64,000 nucleotides of DNA, from assembly GCF_009914755.1 (NCBI RefSeq), contig NC_060935.1; one strand, given 5' to 3'. Shown here one piece after another: positions 31,747 through 46,320 of the stretch (the first letter of the stretch is position 1; each line of letters opens with the position of its first letter). This DNA is from the human T2T-CHM13v2.0 reference genome, Homo sapiens. Under the pieces are notes generated by a model, which was not told the origin of the DNA, ran no database searches, and saw only the letters and a list, made by a program, of their open reading frames with translations. A program made the translations under genes and the position numbers.

Positions 31747-32980
31747 TGTAGTGTCCCCTAGTTCCCCCGACTTCCTTTCTGTGTCCTCACTGAAAATCAC
31801 AGAGTGCCCTGACCACTTTGTGACCCAGCCAGCTGCAGGTTTTACCCAGCAGGCTCAACCCCAAGCCCTTGAACATTCTCAGGCACTGATAAAGGTTATC
31901 TAGGTTGTTGCCCAAAACACTAAAAGAAACGAGCCCCAGCCCTGAGCCAAACTCCTTCAGCCCTCATAAAGGCTCCACACCTCGGCCCCCTCACTGTGGA
32001 CATACCCATGTAGTACACCCCCTTTCTCTTGCTGTCTCTGGTGAGGGTGGCCATAGCCCTCTGTAAGTTTTTCCTGATAAATGCTGATCACTCTAGCATT
32101 TACTATTTCTTTAGAATCTCAACCAGACCCATCTTGGGAAGGTTTGGGGAACATCCTTATGGAAACTCCCCTGCCACTGTTTTTGTTTTTATTATTATAC
32201 TTTAAGTTTTAGGGTACATGTGCACAATGTGCAGGCTAGTTACATATGTATACATGCGCCATGCTGGTGTGCTGCACCCACCAACTCGTCATTTAGCATT
32301 AGGTATATCTCCTAATGCTATCCCTCCCCCCTACCCCCACCCCACAACAGTCCCCAGAGTGTGATGTTCCCCTTCCTGTGTCCATGTGTTCTCATTGTTC
32401 AATTCCCACCTATGAGTGAGAATATGCAGTGTTTGGTTTTTTGTTCTTGTGATAGTTTACTGAGAATGATGATTTCCAATTTCATCCATGTCCCTACAAA
32501 GGACATGAACTCATCATTTTGTATGGCTGTATAGCATTCCATGGTGTATATGTGCCACATTTTCTTAATCCAGTCTATCATTGTTGGACATTTGGGTTGG
32601 TTGCAAGTCTTTGCTATTCTGAATAGTGCCGCAATAAACATACGTGTGCGTGTGTCTTTATAGCAGCATGATTTATAGTCCTTTGGGTATATACCCAGTA
32701 ATGGGATGGCTGGGTCAAATGGTATTTCTAGTTCTAGATCCCTGAGGAATGGCCACACTGACTTCCACAATGGTTGAACTAGTTTACAGTCCACCAACTG
32801 TGTAAAAGTGTTCCTATTTCTCCACGTCCTCTCCAGCACCTGTTGTTTCCTGACTTTTTAATGATTGCCATTCTAACTGGTGTGAGATGGTATCTCATTG
32901 TGCTTTTGATTTGCATTTCTTTGATGGCCAGTGATGGTGAGCATTGGTGACTCCAGCCATGGGTTCAGCTGGAGTAAACA
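31747..32980 (+). mobile_element. ERVL-type solo LTR (MER54/MER73/MER74 group) split by an L1
   Basis: tgtagtgtcccctag...gtgacccagccagctgcagg...aacattctcaggcactgataaagg, resuming as tggtgactccagccatgggttcagctgg...aca after the L1. Confidence 0.55.
32180..32944 (-). mobile_element. Young L1PA 3' fragment (~765 bp)
   Basis: ORF2 C-terminus ...SLIGGN and 3'UTR on the minus strand; closely similar to 23190-23955. Confidence 0.95.
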
Positions 32981-33129
32981 GTTTACCTATACACACCCCA
33001 TAGGTAATATATGAGAGTACCTTTTTCCCCACACCTTAACTTACAGTGGATATTATCATTCAAAAAACTTCTCAATCCAATTTGATTCTGAAAATGACAT
33101 ATTTTGATCATATTTCTTTGATTACTAGT

Positions 33130-34430
33130 GGTGCTGAATATTGGACATGTTTTGTTGACCATATCTATTTTTTTCATTTTAAATCTACTTTATAGATTTA
33201 AGTACAGTAAATTATTAAATACCATGCAAAATGCGCCTATTGTATGTGAACATGTCCATTACCACACAAAGCTCCCTAACGCACCTCTGCATTCAATCCC
33301 TCCACTGTCCCTGAGCCCCAGGCAACCACTGACTTGCTATTTATCATTATTGATTTATTTTGCCTGATGTAAAATTTTATACAGGTGAAATCCTACAGTA
33401 TGTACTCCTTTGTGTCTGGCATCTTTTGCCCAGTCTAATCGTTTTGAGATTCATCCATATTGTTGAGTATAGCAGTAGTACATTCCTTTGTATTGATGAG
33501 TAGTAATCTGATGTATGATTATTTTCACAAACTTGTTTATCCATTTACTTGTTCATAGACAGTTAAACTGTTTCCGGTTCAGGCTTTTATGAATAAAGCA
33601 TATATAAGCATTCATGTACAAAACATTTTGTAAGTGTGTATTTTCATTTCTCTTGGATAAATACCTAATGTTAGAATTGTTGGGTCATAGGCAAGTTTAA
33701 CTTTATAAAAACTGCCAAACCATTTGTTTCAGTCTGTTTTGTGTTGCTGTAACAGAATACCTGAAGCTGGGTAATTTATAGAGGAAAGAGGTTTATTTGG
33801 CTCATGATTCCAGAGTCTGAAAGTCCAAGAGCATGGTGCTGCAGTCTGCTTGGTTTCTGGTGAGGGCTCATTCTTGTGAGCAAGAACTCACTACCATAAG
33901 AACAGCACCAAGCTGCCCATAAAGGTGAGACCTCATGACCCAAATGCTTCCCAGCAAGCCCCACCTCTTAAGAGTTTCACTTCTCTACATTGGTGCACTG
34001 GGAATTAAGCTTCCATCATGAGTTTTGTCCGGGACACTCAAATCATAGCACCACTTTATAGAGAAGTTATTCAATTGTACATTCCCAACAGCAATGTAGG
34101 AAAGGTCCAGTTGCTCTACATCCTCAACAAAACTTGATATTGTCAGATTTTTAAATTTTTAACATTTCTAGTGGGTATATAGTGTTATGCCAGTGTGTTT
34201 TTAATTTGCATTTACCTGATGTTTAATGATACTGAGCATCTTTTCATGTATTTCTTGACCATTTGCGTATCTTCTTTTATGAGGTAACTATCTAAATTTT
34301 GGAGTCAATTTTAATTGGGTTGTTTGTCTTTAGATGATTTGTAAGAGACTTGTTTTATCTCCTAAAATAAATCTTTTGATATATGCATTGAATATTTTTT
34401 CCCAATCTGTGTCTCACCTTTTCATTTCCT
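33130..34430 (-). mobile_element. Old L1 (L1M) 3' region with nested LTR
   Basis: Reverse L1 3' sequence (gagattcatccatattgttg; catcctcaacaaaacttgatattgtc). Confidence 0.75.
33725..34050 (-). mobile_element. MST/MLT1A-type MaLR solo LTR
   Basis: tgtttcagtctgttttgtgttgctgtaacagaatacc...aaatcatagca; near-TSD ccatt/ccact. Confidence 0.8.
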
Positions 34431-35467
34431 TAATGGTGTATGATCTGAAGTGGTGCAGAAGTTTGGATACCATGAACTCTCAAAACGAACCAACCAAAAC
34501 TCCCTACAAGAATAAACTGGAAGGAATAAAACCCAAACTAAGCAGAATAGAAACATTAGAGACAAAAGAAAGAAACAATCCAGATAAAAGCAGAAAAGGG
34601 GCAGAACCAAGAGATCTCAGGTGGTAAGGCATCATATTTTCAGCACTTCACAGAAAAAACAAAGAAGAGGTTCCACATGTGTGAAATTAGGAAAAAACTA
34701 ATTTGATATTAAAATGAATAGAAAAGAATCAAGGTAAATCCCATATAAAGTTATTATTATTATTATTATAAGAAAGAAGAATGATTTTCTACAGAAAATA
34801 TAGAGCAAGCTACAAAGACATGCTGACAAACAAATAATAAAACTCAGCATTAGTAAAAAATTATAAATTAAGCAATAAGACTCAGGAAATTGTTAGAAAT
34901 AAAAAAGTTTCAGAAATTGAGACTGAACTAGGAGTAACCAAAATAAAATAAACACAACAGATAGTGCCTTAGGAGAAATCAAAGGTGAAAACAAGGGAGA
35001 AAAAATGAAATGAAGAGGATTTGGGGGAAAGTAACAAATGTAGACACTAGGTAAAGATCTAGCTGGCAACTGGCATAGAGTAGGAGCCTCAACAGAGAAA
35101 TCTAAACCAATAGAACAAGTAATAAAAACTGTAATTCAAGAAACTTTCTGGCATTAAAACAATAGATTTAAAGTAACATGTTAAAAGAAACATCACACCT
35201 AAGAAAATTGTCTCAGAATGAACATTAAAATATATCCTAGTAAGATTATTGGACTTCAAAAAAAAAAAAAACACACTTTGATAACTATGTAGTCCTACAG
35301 TTCCTAGTTCTGCTTGAAAAGACCTAAAAGCAATGGCTAAGCCAAGAGCAATGAGCCTCTCTAGCACCTAATTTGTGTTCTTGAAATATCATTTCCCTGC
35401 TAAAAGAAATCAAATTTCTAGGAGAAATGGTTGATTTCCAGGTCTGAGGAATTAAATGTATGAAATG

Positions 35468-35958
35468 TGCCGAGACCAGCTCGGTCCGAGAGACCCTAAC
35501 CCAGCAGCGCTACAGGAATTAAAGACATGCACACAGAAATATAGAGGTGTGAAGTGGGAAATCAGGGGTCTCACAGCCTTCAGAGCTGAGAGCCCCGAAC
35601 AGAGATTTACCCACGTATTTATTAACAACAAACCAGTCATTAGCATTGTTTCTATAGATATTAAATTAATTAAAAGTATCCCTTAAGGGAAACGAAGGGA
35701 TGGGCCGAATTAATTGCAGCAGGAACACGTCCTTAAGACACAGATCGCTCAGACTTTTGTTTGTGGCTTAAGAATGCCTTTAAGCGGTTTTCCGCCCCGG
35801 GCGGGCCAGGTGTTCCTTGCCCTCATTCCCGCAAACCCACAACCTTCCAGCTTGGGCGTTATGGCCATTGTGGACATGTTACATTGCTGCAGAGATTTTA
35901 TTCATGGCCAGTTTTGGGGGCAGTTTATGACCAGACTTTGAGGGACTTGCTCCCAGCA
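35468..35958 (-). mobile_element. MER9 (HERV-K HML-3) solo LTR
   Basis: tgccgagaccagctcggt...cttgctcccagca; TG...CA termini; exact 6-bp TSD gaaatg (35462-35467 and 35959-35964). Confidence 0.88.
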
Positions 35959-37593
35959 GAAATGAGTTCATAACATCTTGTCATATAAGATAGCAAGGAA
36001 GGCATAATACTAGAAACTACTAACACCATGTCAAAGACACCGGAGACAAACTGAAGAGAATTCTACAGGCCAAAGATAGAAAAATGTGATCAACAAAAAT
36101 AACTGCAATAAGTTAACTTCGTTATCCGTTACACTTATTTTACACATAAAATGTGTTTACAGTGGTGAGTTTATAATAAAGAAAAATAACTGGTCACCTT
36201 TGGAGTATAACAGGATATCAAGTTATTGTTTTGAAACTTAGAAAACGCAGGTGATGTGTTTTTACATTATCTGTGGTATCAGATACACAAGACTATGTGT
36301 TTGATAAAATTTCGTAGAACTAAATACATGCACAGATGAGTGTAAGTAAAACTGGGGAAGTCTGAATAAAATCCGTGAATTGTATCAATGTCAATAATCC
36401 TGGGTATGATATTGTACAATCATTTTGCAAGATGTTACCACTGAAGGAAAATGGCATAAAATAGACAGCAAAGAATCTTTCTTCATTATTTCCTGCAATA
36501 ACATATGAAACTACAATTATCTCAAAATAAAAAGTTTAATTTAAAAATCTTCATTGCAATATATTCATGGATAACAAAATACTGAATATGTTCTTGAATA
36601 GGAAATTTCCTTATGAACACACTTCTCTTATGAATGAGCCTGTATGAATGAAGAGTTCTTTTAGTCCACCTTCACATGCTCCTGAACCTCCTGTCATTCT
36701 ATACTGTCAGTTTACTTGGTGCAGCAGCAGGGTGCCAAATTCAGCATTCCCTTATAAATGTAAGGAACGTAACATTCCTTTACTAAAAGTATACAGCTTG
36801 TTTTTTAAAAAATTGAATTTGTTTTTAAAACACATTATAATAAACATTTTAAAGCTAGTCAATTGTGCATAATCATGAATAATAAGTAACAACCATAGTG
36901 GTAGTAACTGATGATGGTGTTGATGGCAATGAGTGAGGTGGTTGTGGTGATGATGGACATAATGATCATAATCATGACGATTGTGACAATAGTAATGGGA
37001 CTGTTGATAGTAAAATATTCCAAAGCTGGCATTAGACTGTAAGTTTCCCTAGCTGCAAGATCACTCTACCAATAACAGGAAAATTAACACACCTGGGAGA
37101 CAAAGCATGTTTCTCAGAGCCAGTGTAAAGCAAGGCTCTAATTGCTCTGTTAGTGAGAACCCCAGCCTCTCAAGTGATTATAGCCCAGGAAATATTGTGC
37201 CCACATATTCGTAAACACAATCCCAAGCCCCCAGTCTTAGTGATCCATTTTTTAATGAATTTGAGTAAATGTAGGACTCAGTATAAATCAGTATGGTTCC
37301 TGCATTTTCTGATTGTTGAAACCAAGGCAGCCCTTAAAGTTTCCAGCAGACTGTGCTTTATTTTTCCTCATCACAGGTATTTAATTACAAACTTAAAGCA
37401 ATTGCCTGAGAAAAATATTTCTTCCATGAACTCTTGTTTGTGATGCAGACTATTTACAACCATATATTTACTTTCACCACTATGTGCTTTTTTAATCTGT
37501 GTGCTGTGTTCTCATTGGCAGTTATCCTAAGGCTCTTATGGCTTAGTGAAACTAAAGGTAATAATTGTAGTAACTAATATAAAATATATGGTT

Positions 37594-37885
37594 TGGCCAG
37601 GCACAGTGGCTCACACCTGTAGTCTTAGAGCTTTAGAGGACCAAGAGAGGAGAATTGCTTGAGGCCAGGAGTTGGAGACCAGCCTGGGCAACACAGAGAG
37701 ATCCCATCTGTAGCCAAAATTTTAAAAAGTAGCCCAGCATGGTAGCATACACCTGTAGTCCCAGCTACTCATGAGGCTGAGGTGAGATGCTTGCTTGAGC
37801 TTGGGAGTTCAAGGTTACAGTGAGCCATGATCGTACCACTGCATTCAAACCTAAGCAACAGAATGAGACTCTGTCTTTAAAAAAG
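37594..37885 (+). mobile_element. AluJ
   Basis: Diverged full-length Alu dimer. Confidence 0.9.
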
Positions 37886-38239
37886 AGGAAAAACAGGAAA
37901 GTAAAAGAAATACGTGGTTTATATTTGCCTCTTTCATGTTATTAGAAGACTATGAGAGTGAAACGTTAAATCAGTGCTGTCTAGCGTTCTCCTACACAAT
38001 GGTGTTCCCACCTGCTGTGCACTCAGTGAACAGTGTTCATTCCACACTGCTTTGTAAAGCACACGATCTACAGTTATAGTTATTCAAGTTGGGTGTTTCC
38101 TTTCATTTTAAGAGGCAGACATTGGGTAAAAAAGGATATGTAAAACTTTTTAAATCTACTGTTGTTATTTAGAAAAAAATTCTTCTTTGTGATAAATGAA
38201 AATAATACATTTCTATTTCCATTGTAATAAATGGGAATA

Positions 38240-38578
38240 ACTCCTTATGCACAATGCTTGGGACTAGAAATGTCTTGAATTTCGAATTTTTTTCCGGTTT
38301 TAGAATGTTTGTATATACATAATGAGATATCTTGAGGATGAGATCCAAGTCTAAACATGAAATTTATATATGCTTCATATACATCTTATACACATAGGCT
38401 GAAGGTAATTTTATACCATATTTTTAATAATTTTGTGCATGAAACAGTTTTGACTGTATTTTCACTGAGACTAGTCACATGAGAGGAGGTGTGGAATTTT
38501 CCACTTGTGGTTCATGTTGGCCCTCAACAAGTTTCAGATTTTGGACTTTGAGTTTTCAGATTGGGAATGCTTAACGTG
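38240..38578. mobile_element. Tigger4 (TcMar) DNA transposon derivative
   Basis: ccttatgcacaatgcttgggactagaaatg...aatgagatatcttgaggatgagatccaagtctaaacatgaaattt. Confidence 0.7.
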
Positions 38579-40329
38579 AATTTTAAAAATCTTAGCTACC
38601 TCTCATACTAGTTATTGTAAAGTTAAATGCCTCATTACCAATAATTTGATATAAAAGCTTACAATGCAATTCAGACTTTGTCTTCACACCACGTCCTAAT
38701 GATTTTAAAGACTCTTACTTCTAAGAAAAAAGAATACAGTTAGTGCCAGTTATAGGAATCAAATGAGACAATACATTTGTGAATGCTATGTTTAAAAAGC
38801 AGATTACAAATGTTTTTGTAAAAATACATATATATTTATATACATGTAAATACATATATGCATAGGAAAAGTCTAGAAGGATATTCACTACCACCGTTTG
38901 GTTCCAAGTGGTGGAAAATGGTTGTTTTAAATTTTTGCTTATTTGCATTTCTAATTCACTACAATGCCTATATATTGCCTTTATAATTTTTTTAAATGCA
39001 TCCAAAATTAGCAATAGATCTTTCCTCTATCTTCAAAAATTATATAAATTAAATGTTATTAAATAATAATAAAGTGCTACACAAAGATACGCTAAAACAA
39101 AACAATTTAGTTTAGTGGAGACAAAACACACTGGTGGTCAGAAGTCCTGGGTTTTAGGCCCAGTTTTGCCTCTTACTAGCTGGGTTTCCTTGGGTGACTT
39201 ATTTAACTTTTAGAGCTTCAATTTCCTAGACAACGAAACAAAATACAGCATTTTTCCTATGCTATGCATATACTAAGATATCAAGCTTAAACCTATTTTA
39301 ATCATACATTGCTAAGAGCTGTGAGTGTGCAGATTTACAAGGCTGCACATGTGAGGCAAAAGAGGAAACTCATGATCAGGACAGAGCCGAGGTAAGTTTG
39401 AGTTCCAAGTCACCAATAATTAGTAAACCTTGGGCAAATCACTTAGTGTCTGGCACCTCAGTTTTCTCAATACAAACATGAAAATAAAAATCCTTCCCTA
39501 AACACATTTCTCCCCATTTCCGAAAACTTCAGAAGTTAATGAGATCGACCTTTGAAAGAAATGTGTAAGCTGTAAAGCATTATGCAAAAGTTAGTAATTA
39601 CATAAGGAAGCAATTAAAATAGGGGTAATATGTTTTATAGCTTAAGAAATACATCCCACAGATAAGACTGTCTATACATATTGTATCCAGCAATGATTAT
39701 TCATGCTTCCTGGAGATATGCCTGTAATTTGAATACTTTGTCATCAGGGATGTAATAGGACAAAGGTTTGATATTATGATCTGAAAATAATAATAATAAT
39801 AATTAGCTATTTAGCACTTAGTATGGAACATTCAATGGGCCAGTGCTCATGTTGCACCACAGATCAATTAAATCAGAACATCTACGGGTAGAACCCAGGT
39901 ATCAATCCTTTGTAAATGCCCCGTGTGATTATAATGTATAGCCAATGCTGAGAACCACTGCCTTAGGACCTCAGGTCAAGTAAGAAATTAAGAACAAATT
40001 CCAGACTCTTAATGACAATTCACATTTTTTATAGGCACTGAGTATTTGAAAAAAGATTTCTAAATATGCATTATCCTGTGTTATTTTTACAACCACCTTT
40101 GGAATCAATATTAATTTCTTCATCTTTCAGACATAGAAATTGATGTGTCAGCCAATGACACAGCTTGTAACTACCCTATCACCCTGACACTGCGTAAATT
40201 TCAGATAGGTATTTACATGTTCACATTCAGTGAATATTTAGGAATTATATACATGACAAAGGAAGTTTATTTCTAAAGCAAAATCCATCCCCAACTACAA
40301 AATATGAAATATACTACTTATCTACAATG

Positions 40330-40516
40330 TAGAGATTCTCAAACTTTACTATGCAACACCATCACCAGAAAGATTGTTAATACATAGATTGCTGGGCCCC
40401 ATATCCAGAGTTTCTGATTAATTAGGTGTGAGCTGAGGCCTGAGAATTTGCATCTCTAAAAAACTCCAGGTAATGTCAGTGCTGCTGGTCCAGGGACTAC
40501 CCTTTGAGAAACACTG
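40330..40516. mobile_element. MER5A
   Basis: gattgctgggcccc...agagtttctgatt...gagaatttgcatctcta...ctttgagaaacactg. Confidence 0.8.
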
Positions 40517-40740
40517 CCCCAGGATGCTTTAGAAAAATGTGCATGGTAAAAGATCCAGACCTTGGCCTGCTTTCCTCCCATCTTCATGATCCCTGAAACA
40601 CTCACGCTGGTCTTCCTGCAAAGAAGACCAGCAAATAGCAGGACGAGGGGAGGAGGGCGGGGAGGATGCATCAGCAGAGAGCCCAGGATGTTTCACTAGC
40701 ACCAAAGGCTCAAGACTAGCCGTCCAAGATTAGCCTTTTA

Positions 40741-41721
40741 ATGGGGTTCTTGTCTCCCATGCATCCCTGCAGGCCTCCCACCCAGAGGAGAATGGCTGCA
40801 GGAAATCACTCTACAGTGACAGAGTTCATTCTCAAGGGTTTAACGAAGAGAGCAGACCTCCAGCTCCCCCTCTTTCTCCTCTTCCTCGGGATCTACTTGG
40901 TCACCATCGTGGGGAACCTGGGCATGATCACTCTAATTTGTCTGAACTCTCAGCTGCACACCCCCATGTACTACTTTCTCAGCAATCTGTCACTCATGGA
41001 TCTCTGCTACTCCTCCGTCATTACCCCTAAGATGCTGGTGAACTTTGTGTCAGAGAAAAACATCATCTCCTACGCAGGGTGCATGTCACAGCTCTACTTC
41101 TTCCTTGTTTTTGTCATTGCTGAGTGTTACATGCTGACAGTGATGGCCTACGACCGCTATGTTGCCATCTGCCACCCTTTGCTTTACAACATCATTATGT
41201 CTCATCACACCTGCCTGCTGCTGGTGGCTGTGGTCTACGCCATCGGACTCATTGGCTCCACAATAGAAACTGGCCTCATGTTAAAACTGCCCTATTGTGA
41301 GCACCTCATCAGTCACTACTTCTGTGACATCCTCCCTCTCATGAAGCTGTCCTGCTCTAGCACCTATGATGTTGAGATGACAGTCTTCTTTTCGGCTGGA
41401 TTCAACATCATAGTCACGAGCTTAACAGTTCTTGTTTCTTACACCTTCATTCTCTCCAGCATCCTCGGCATCAGCACCACAGAGGGGAGATCCAAAGCCT
41501 TCAGCACCTGCAGCTCCCACCTTGCAGCCGTGGGAATGTTCTATGGATCAACTGCATTCATGTACTTAAAACCCTCCACAATCAGTTCCTTGACCCAGGA
41601 GAATGTGGCCTCTGTGTTCTACACCACGGTAATCCCCATGTTGAATCCCCTAATCTACAGCCTGAGGAACAAGGAAGTAAAGGCTGCCGTGCAGAAAACG
41701 CTGAGGGGTAAACTGTTTTGA
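40741..41721 (+). CDS. OR8A1: Olfactory receptor family 8 subfamily A member 1, intact; 326 aa from the first ATG, probably 309 aa from ATG 40792
   Basis: Full 7TM OR motifs ([40 protein letters not shown]); recognised from memory as OR8A1. Confidence 0.93.
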   Translation: MGFLSPMHPCRPPTQRRMAAGNHSTVTEFILKGLTKRADLQLPLFLLFLGIYLVTIVGNLGMITLICLNSQLHTPMYYFLSNLSLMDLCYSSVITPKMLVNFVSEKNIISYAGCMSQLYFFLVFVIAECYMLTVMAYDRYVAICHPLLYNIIMSHHTCLLLVAVVYAIGLIGSTIETGLMLKLPYCEHLISHYFCDILPLMKLSCSSTYDVEMTVFFSAGFNIIVTSLTVLVSYTFILSSILGISTTEGRSKAFSTCSSHLAAVGMFYGSTAFMYLKPSTISSLTQENVASVFYTTVIPMLNPLIYSLRNKEVKAAVQKTLRGKLF

Positions 41722-41847
41722 TGCAAATGTTATTGTTCCTTTTCAATTTAGTGGTAATTGTTATAAATACCAGAGTGACAGCTTCTGAATGCTGGCCAGC
41801 TGTGGATGGAAAATAATCACTTCTCCACATGGCTGGGTGAATGGGCA

Positions 41848-41940
41848 TTTTTCCTTCTTTCCTCTTCCTTCCCTCTTCCTTTCCTCTTCCTTCCTCTTCC
41901 TTCCTTCCTCTTCTTTCCTCTTCCTTCCCTCCCTCTTTTT
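41848..41940. repeat. CT-rich (CTTC/CTT) low-complexity tract
   Basis: Direct reading of the sequence. Confidence 0.85.
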
Positions 41941-42046
41941 TCACTTCTCTTTGAAGCCAGCCAACTTCAGGTTCAGGTTTTCTTTCACTTGAGATCCATC
42001 CCTCTACCCCAAGCCCTTTAATAAATGTTTCCTATCTTAATTGTAA

Positions 42047-42472
<426 letters not shown>

Positions 42473-43764
42473 TGAGGCAAAGAGAGGCAAAGTATCTCTA
42501 CTTACCCCTGCCCAAGAATTTCCTGATCTCTTTATGTAATTTTCTTAGTAACACTAATAATAATGATAACAGCAGCTAACATGTTTTTGGATGCTGACTC
42601 TGATCCATGCAATTCTTCTACGTGCTTTCTATTCTATTTCAATTATACTACACAACAAGTAGGTACTATTCTATTCTCATTTCACAGATATGGAACTTGG
42701 AGCAGGAGTAACAACACTGAGATTCAAACCCCAGTCCAAGTGGCTTCCAGAGCCCAGACTCTGGGCACTCACACATTACTTCCTTCACTTTAGTCTAGCC
42801 GTCCCTTTGAACAGCCTATTAAACCTCCCATAATTATGCTCATCCAATTTCAAATTGGATGAAAATAATTTCTTCTGAAAATAATTTCTCAAATCCCTTC
42901 CTTTTATCATCTGCCCAAACCTCTTTCTCTTTATGGGCAACAACTATAATAGGATGGGAAAAGATGCCTAACTAGCATATATAATAATAAACCCTAGCAA
43001 ACCAGCAAGAAAAAGACATCAACTTTAGCAAGAAAAAAAATGAGCAAGGTATATAGAACAATTTACAAAAGAGAAAACCTGAAGTACCACAGAGCATGTG
43101 AAGAGATGCTCAAACCGATTACTAAACATAGAAGCGCAAATTAAAACAGTGATATATCTTTTTACGTTTATAAGATTAGCACAAATTTTAAAAGCTGGAT
43201 GGTGCTAAGTGTTAGTAAGGAGGTAGGGATTTAGGAACCCCCATATACTACAGCTATTCTGGAAAACAGTAAGACATTACTTAGGAAAAATAAGTATAGG
43301 TATCCACAGGGCATAGCAAATCTGGTCCAAGGTATATATAGTCCCAAATCATTCTCTTTCAGGCCTATAAGATGGCATGTACAAAGGCATTCATTATACC
43401 ATTATTTTTGGCGATGGGAACTTAGAGATAAAATAAGTGTCCACCATTGGGAAAGTAAGTAGATAAATTGTATCTACTTACTTACAATTTATAGACTCTT
43501 CAACAGTTAGAAGCAAAGGATTAGCTATACACAATATAGTTTAGAGGTATAGTGCTGTGTGAGAAAAGTAAGAAAGATAATGAGATATAAAACATATTAT
43601 TTATGTATATTAAAATTGCATGTGCACACACCCCAAAAAAAGCACACTTAGAAAGAAAAAAGACCATAACGTAAAATACACATTAGGCAGGTCAGAATGG
43701 CTGCTGAGAGAGATAAGATGCACGAAAGAAGGGAGTAGAAAAAAGATGAAGCAGAAAACCAAGA

Positions 43765-46320
43765 AAGACCACATTCTGGACCATAAAACACACCTTAACT
43801 GATTTAAAGAAATAGAAATCATACAATGTCTGCTGTCTGCTCTCAGACCACAATGAAATTAAACGAGAAATCAATAACAGAAAGATAACTGAAAAATCAT
43901 TAAATATTTTGAAATTAAACAACACATTTCTAAATAGCACATGAGTCAAAGAAGAAAATCTCAAGAGAAATTTTAAAATATTTTGAATGAAACGAAAATG
44001 AAAATGCAACTAATCAAAACTTGTGGGATGCAGCAAAAGCAGAGTTTAGAGGGAAGTTTACAGCATTGAATGTTTACAGCACTGAATGTTTACAGCATTG
44101 AATGTTTACAGCATTGAATGCCTTCGCAAAGAAAACGATCTAAAATCAATCACCTAGACTTCCAACTTAAGAAACTAGGTTGGAGAATGGCAAATTAAAT
44201 CCAAAGTTAGCAGAAGAAAACAAAAAAAATTAGAGAAAAATCAATAATATTTAAAACAGAAAATCAACGGAGGAAAATCAATGAAACCAAAAGCTGATTC
44301 TTTGAAAAGATCAATAGAATTGATAAGCCTCTAGCCAGGATAACTGGTAAAAAAAAAAAAAAAAGGACACAAATTACTAGTGTCAGAAATGAAAGAAGGA
44401 CATCAGTATAGGTCCTATGAACATTTAAAAAAAGAAGAATTACTATGAACAACTCTATGCCTACAGACTTAATAACCTAGATGAAATGGACCAAATCCTG
44501 GAAAGATGTAATCTGTCAAAACTCACATAAGAAGAAATAGACAAGCTGAATAGGCCTATATCTATTAAAGAAACTGACTTAATAATTAGCAGCCTTTCAA
44601 AACAGAAAACACCAGGTTCAAATGGGTTCACTGGTGAATTCTACCAAACATTTTAAAGAAAGATATTATACCAATTCTCTACAATCTCTTCCAGAAGATT
44701 GAAGCAGAGGGAATACTTCCTAACTCATTCTTTGAGGCCAGCATCACCCTAATACCAAAATCTGACAAAAAATTTATAAGAAAGGGAAGCTACAGACCAG
44801 CATCTATCATGAACAGAGATAATAAATTCCTCAACAAAATATTAGCAAATTGAATGCAACAATGTATTCAACAACTATACACCATAACCAAGTGCAATTT
44901 ATCCCAAGTGTGTGAGGCTGGTTCAACATTTGAAAATCAATTAAGGTAATCCAAATCCACATCAACAGGCTAAAGAAGAAAAATCACATGTTGATATCAA
45001 TAGATATAGAAAAAAAATTTGACAAAATTCCTCACTCATTTATAATTTTTTAAAACTCTCAGTAAACTAGGAATACAGGGGAACTTCCTCAACTTGATAA
45101 AGAATTTTTTTAAACCTACAGCTAACATCATACTTGATAATGACAAAGTTGAAGCTTTCCCACTAAGATCAGGAGCAAAGCAAGGATGTCTCCTCTCACT
45201 GCTGTTTTCCAACATTGTACTGGACATCCTACCTAATGCAATAAGACAAGAAAAGGAAATAAAATATATACAGATTGGGAGAGAAGAAATAAAACTGTCT
45301 TTGTTCACAGACGACATGATTGTCCATTTAGAAAACTAGAAATAATTGACAAAAAAAAGAAAAACCTCCTGGAATCAATAGCATTTACAGCAAGGATGCA
45401 GCATACAAGATTAACATACAAAAGTCAATTGCTTTCTTATATGCCTGCAAATAACAATGGAATTTGAAATTTAAAACACCATGCCATTTATGTTAGAATT
45501 CCAAAAAATGAAATACATAAGTGTGAATTTAACAAAATATGTGCATGATCTAAACAAGGAAAACTACACAACTCAGATGAAAGAAATCAAATACTAAATA
45601 AATGGAGAGATATTCCATATTCATGGAAAGGAAGGCTCCATAATTCATAATTGCCAACACTTGGAAGCAACCAAGATGTCCTTCAGTAGGTGAATAATAA
45701 ATAAACTATGATATATTCAGACAATGAAATATTATTCAGTGCTAAAAAGAAATGAGCTATCAAGCCATGAAAAGACATGGAGAAATCTAAATGCATATTA
45801 CTAACCGAAAGACGTCAATCTGAAATGGCTATATACTGTATGATTCTAAGAATCTAACATTCTGGAAAGGGCAAAACTATGGAAACCATAAAAAGATCAG
45901 TGGTTGCCGAGGATTAGAGTGGGAGGGAGTGATGAATGGGTGGAGCACAGAGGATTTTTAGGGCAGTGAAAATACTCTGTATTGACTGGTATAATGTATA
46001 TATACCAGTATGTATAATGACATGGTGTATACATGTATAATGACATGGTGTATACATGTCATTATACATTGGTCTAAACCCAAAGAAGGTACAATATCAA
46101 GAGTGAACACTAATTTAAACTTTGGCCTTTGGGTGATAATAATGTGTCAACATAGGCTCATCAATTGTAGCAAATGTGCCACTCTGGTAAGGGGTGTTGA
46201 TACTGGGGAAGGTTATGTATGTGTGGAGGTAAGGGAAATATAGAAAATCTCTGTACCTTCTGCTCAATTTTTCTGTAAACCTAAAATTATCTTAAAAAGT
46301 AAATTCTATTTTTAAAAGAA
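43765..46320 (+). mobile_element. L1MB-type element: ORF2 EN/RT remnants joined by an internal deletion (~45640) to the 3' end
   Basis: ORF track peptides [28 protein letters not shown]...LFTDDMIV; L1M 3'UTR. Confidence 0.85.
44056..44119. repeat. 16-bp tandem repeat x4 within L1
   Basis: (gtttacagca[t/c]tgaat)4. Confidence 0.95.

Noticed and set aside
37060-37440. O/E-like and TAATT motifs as the OR8A1 promoter
   Set aside because: Plausible, but the motifs are short and imperfect and I could not tie them to an exon or paralogous block, so I did not list a feature.
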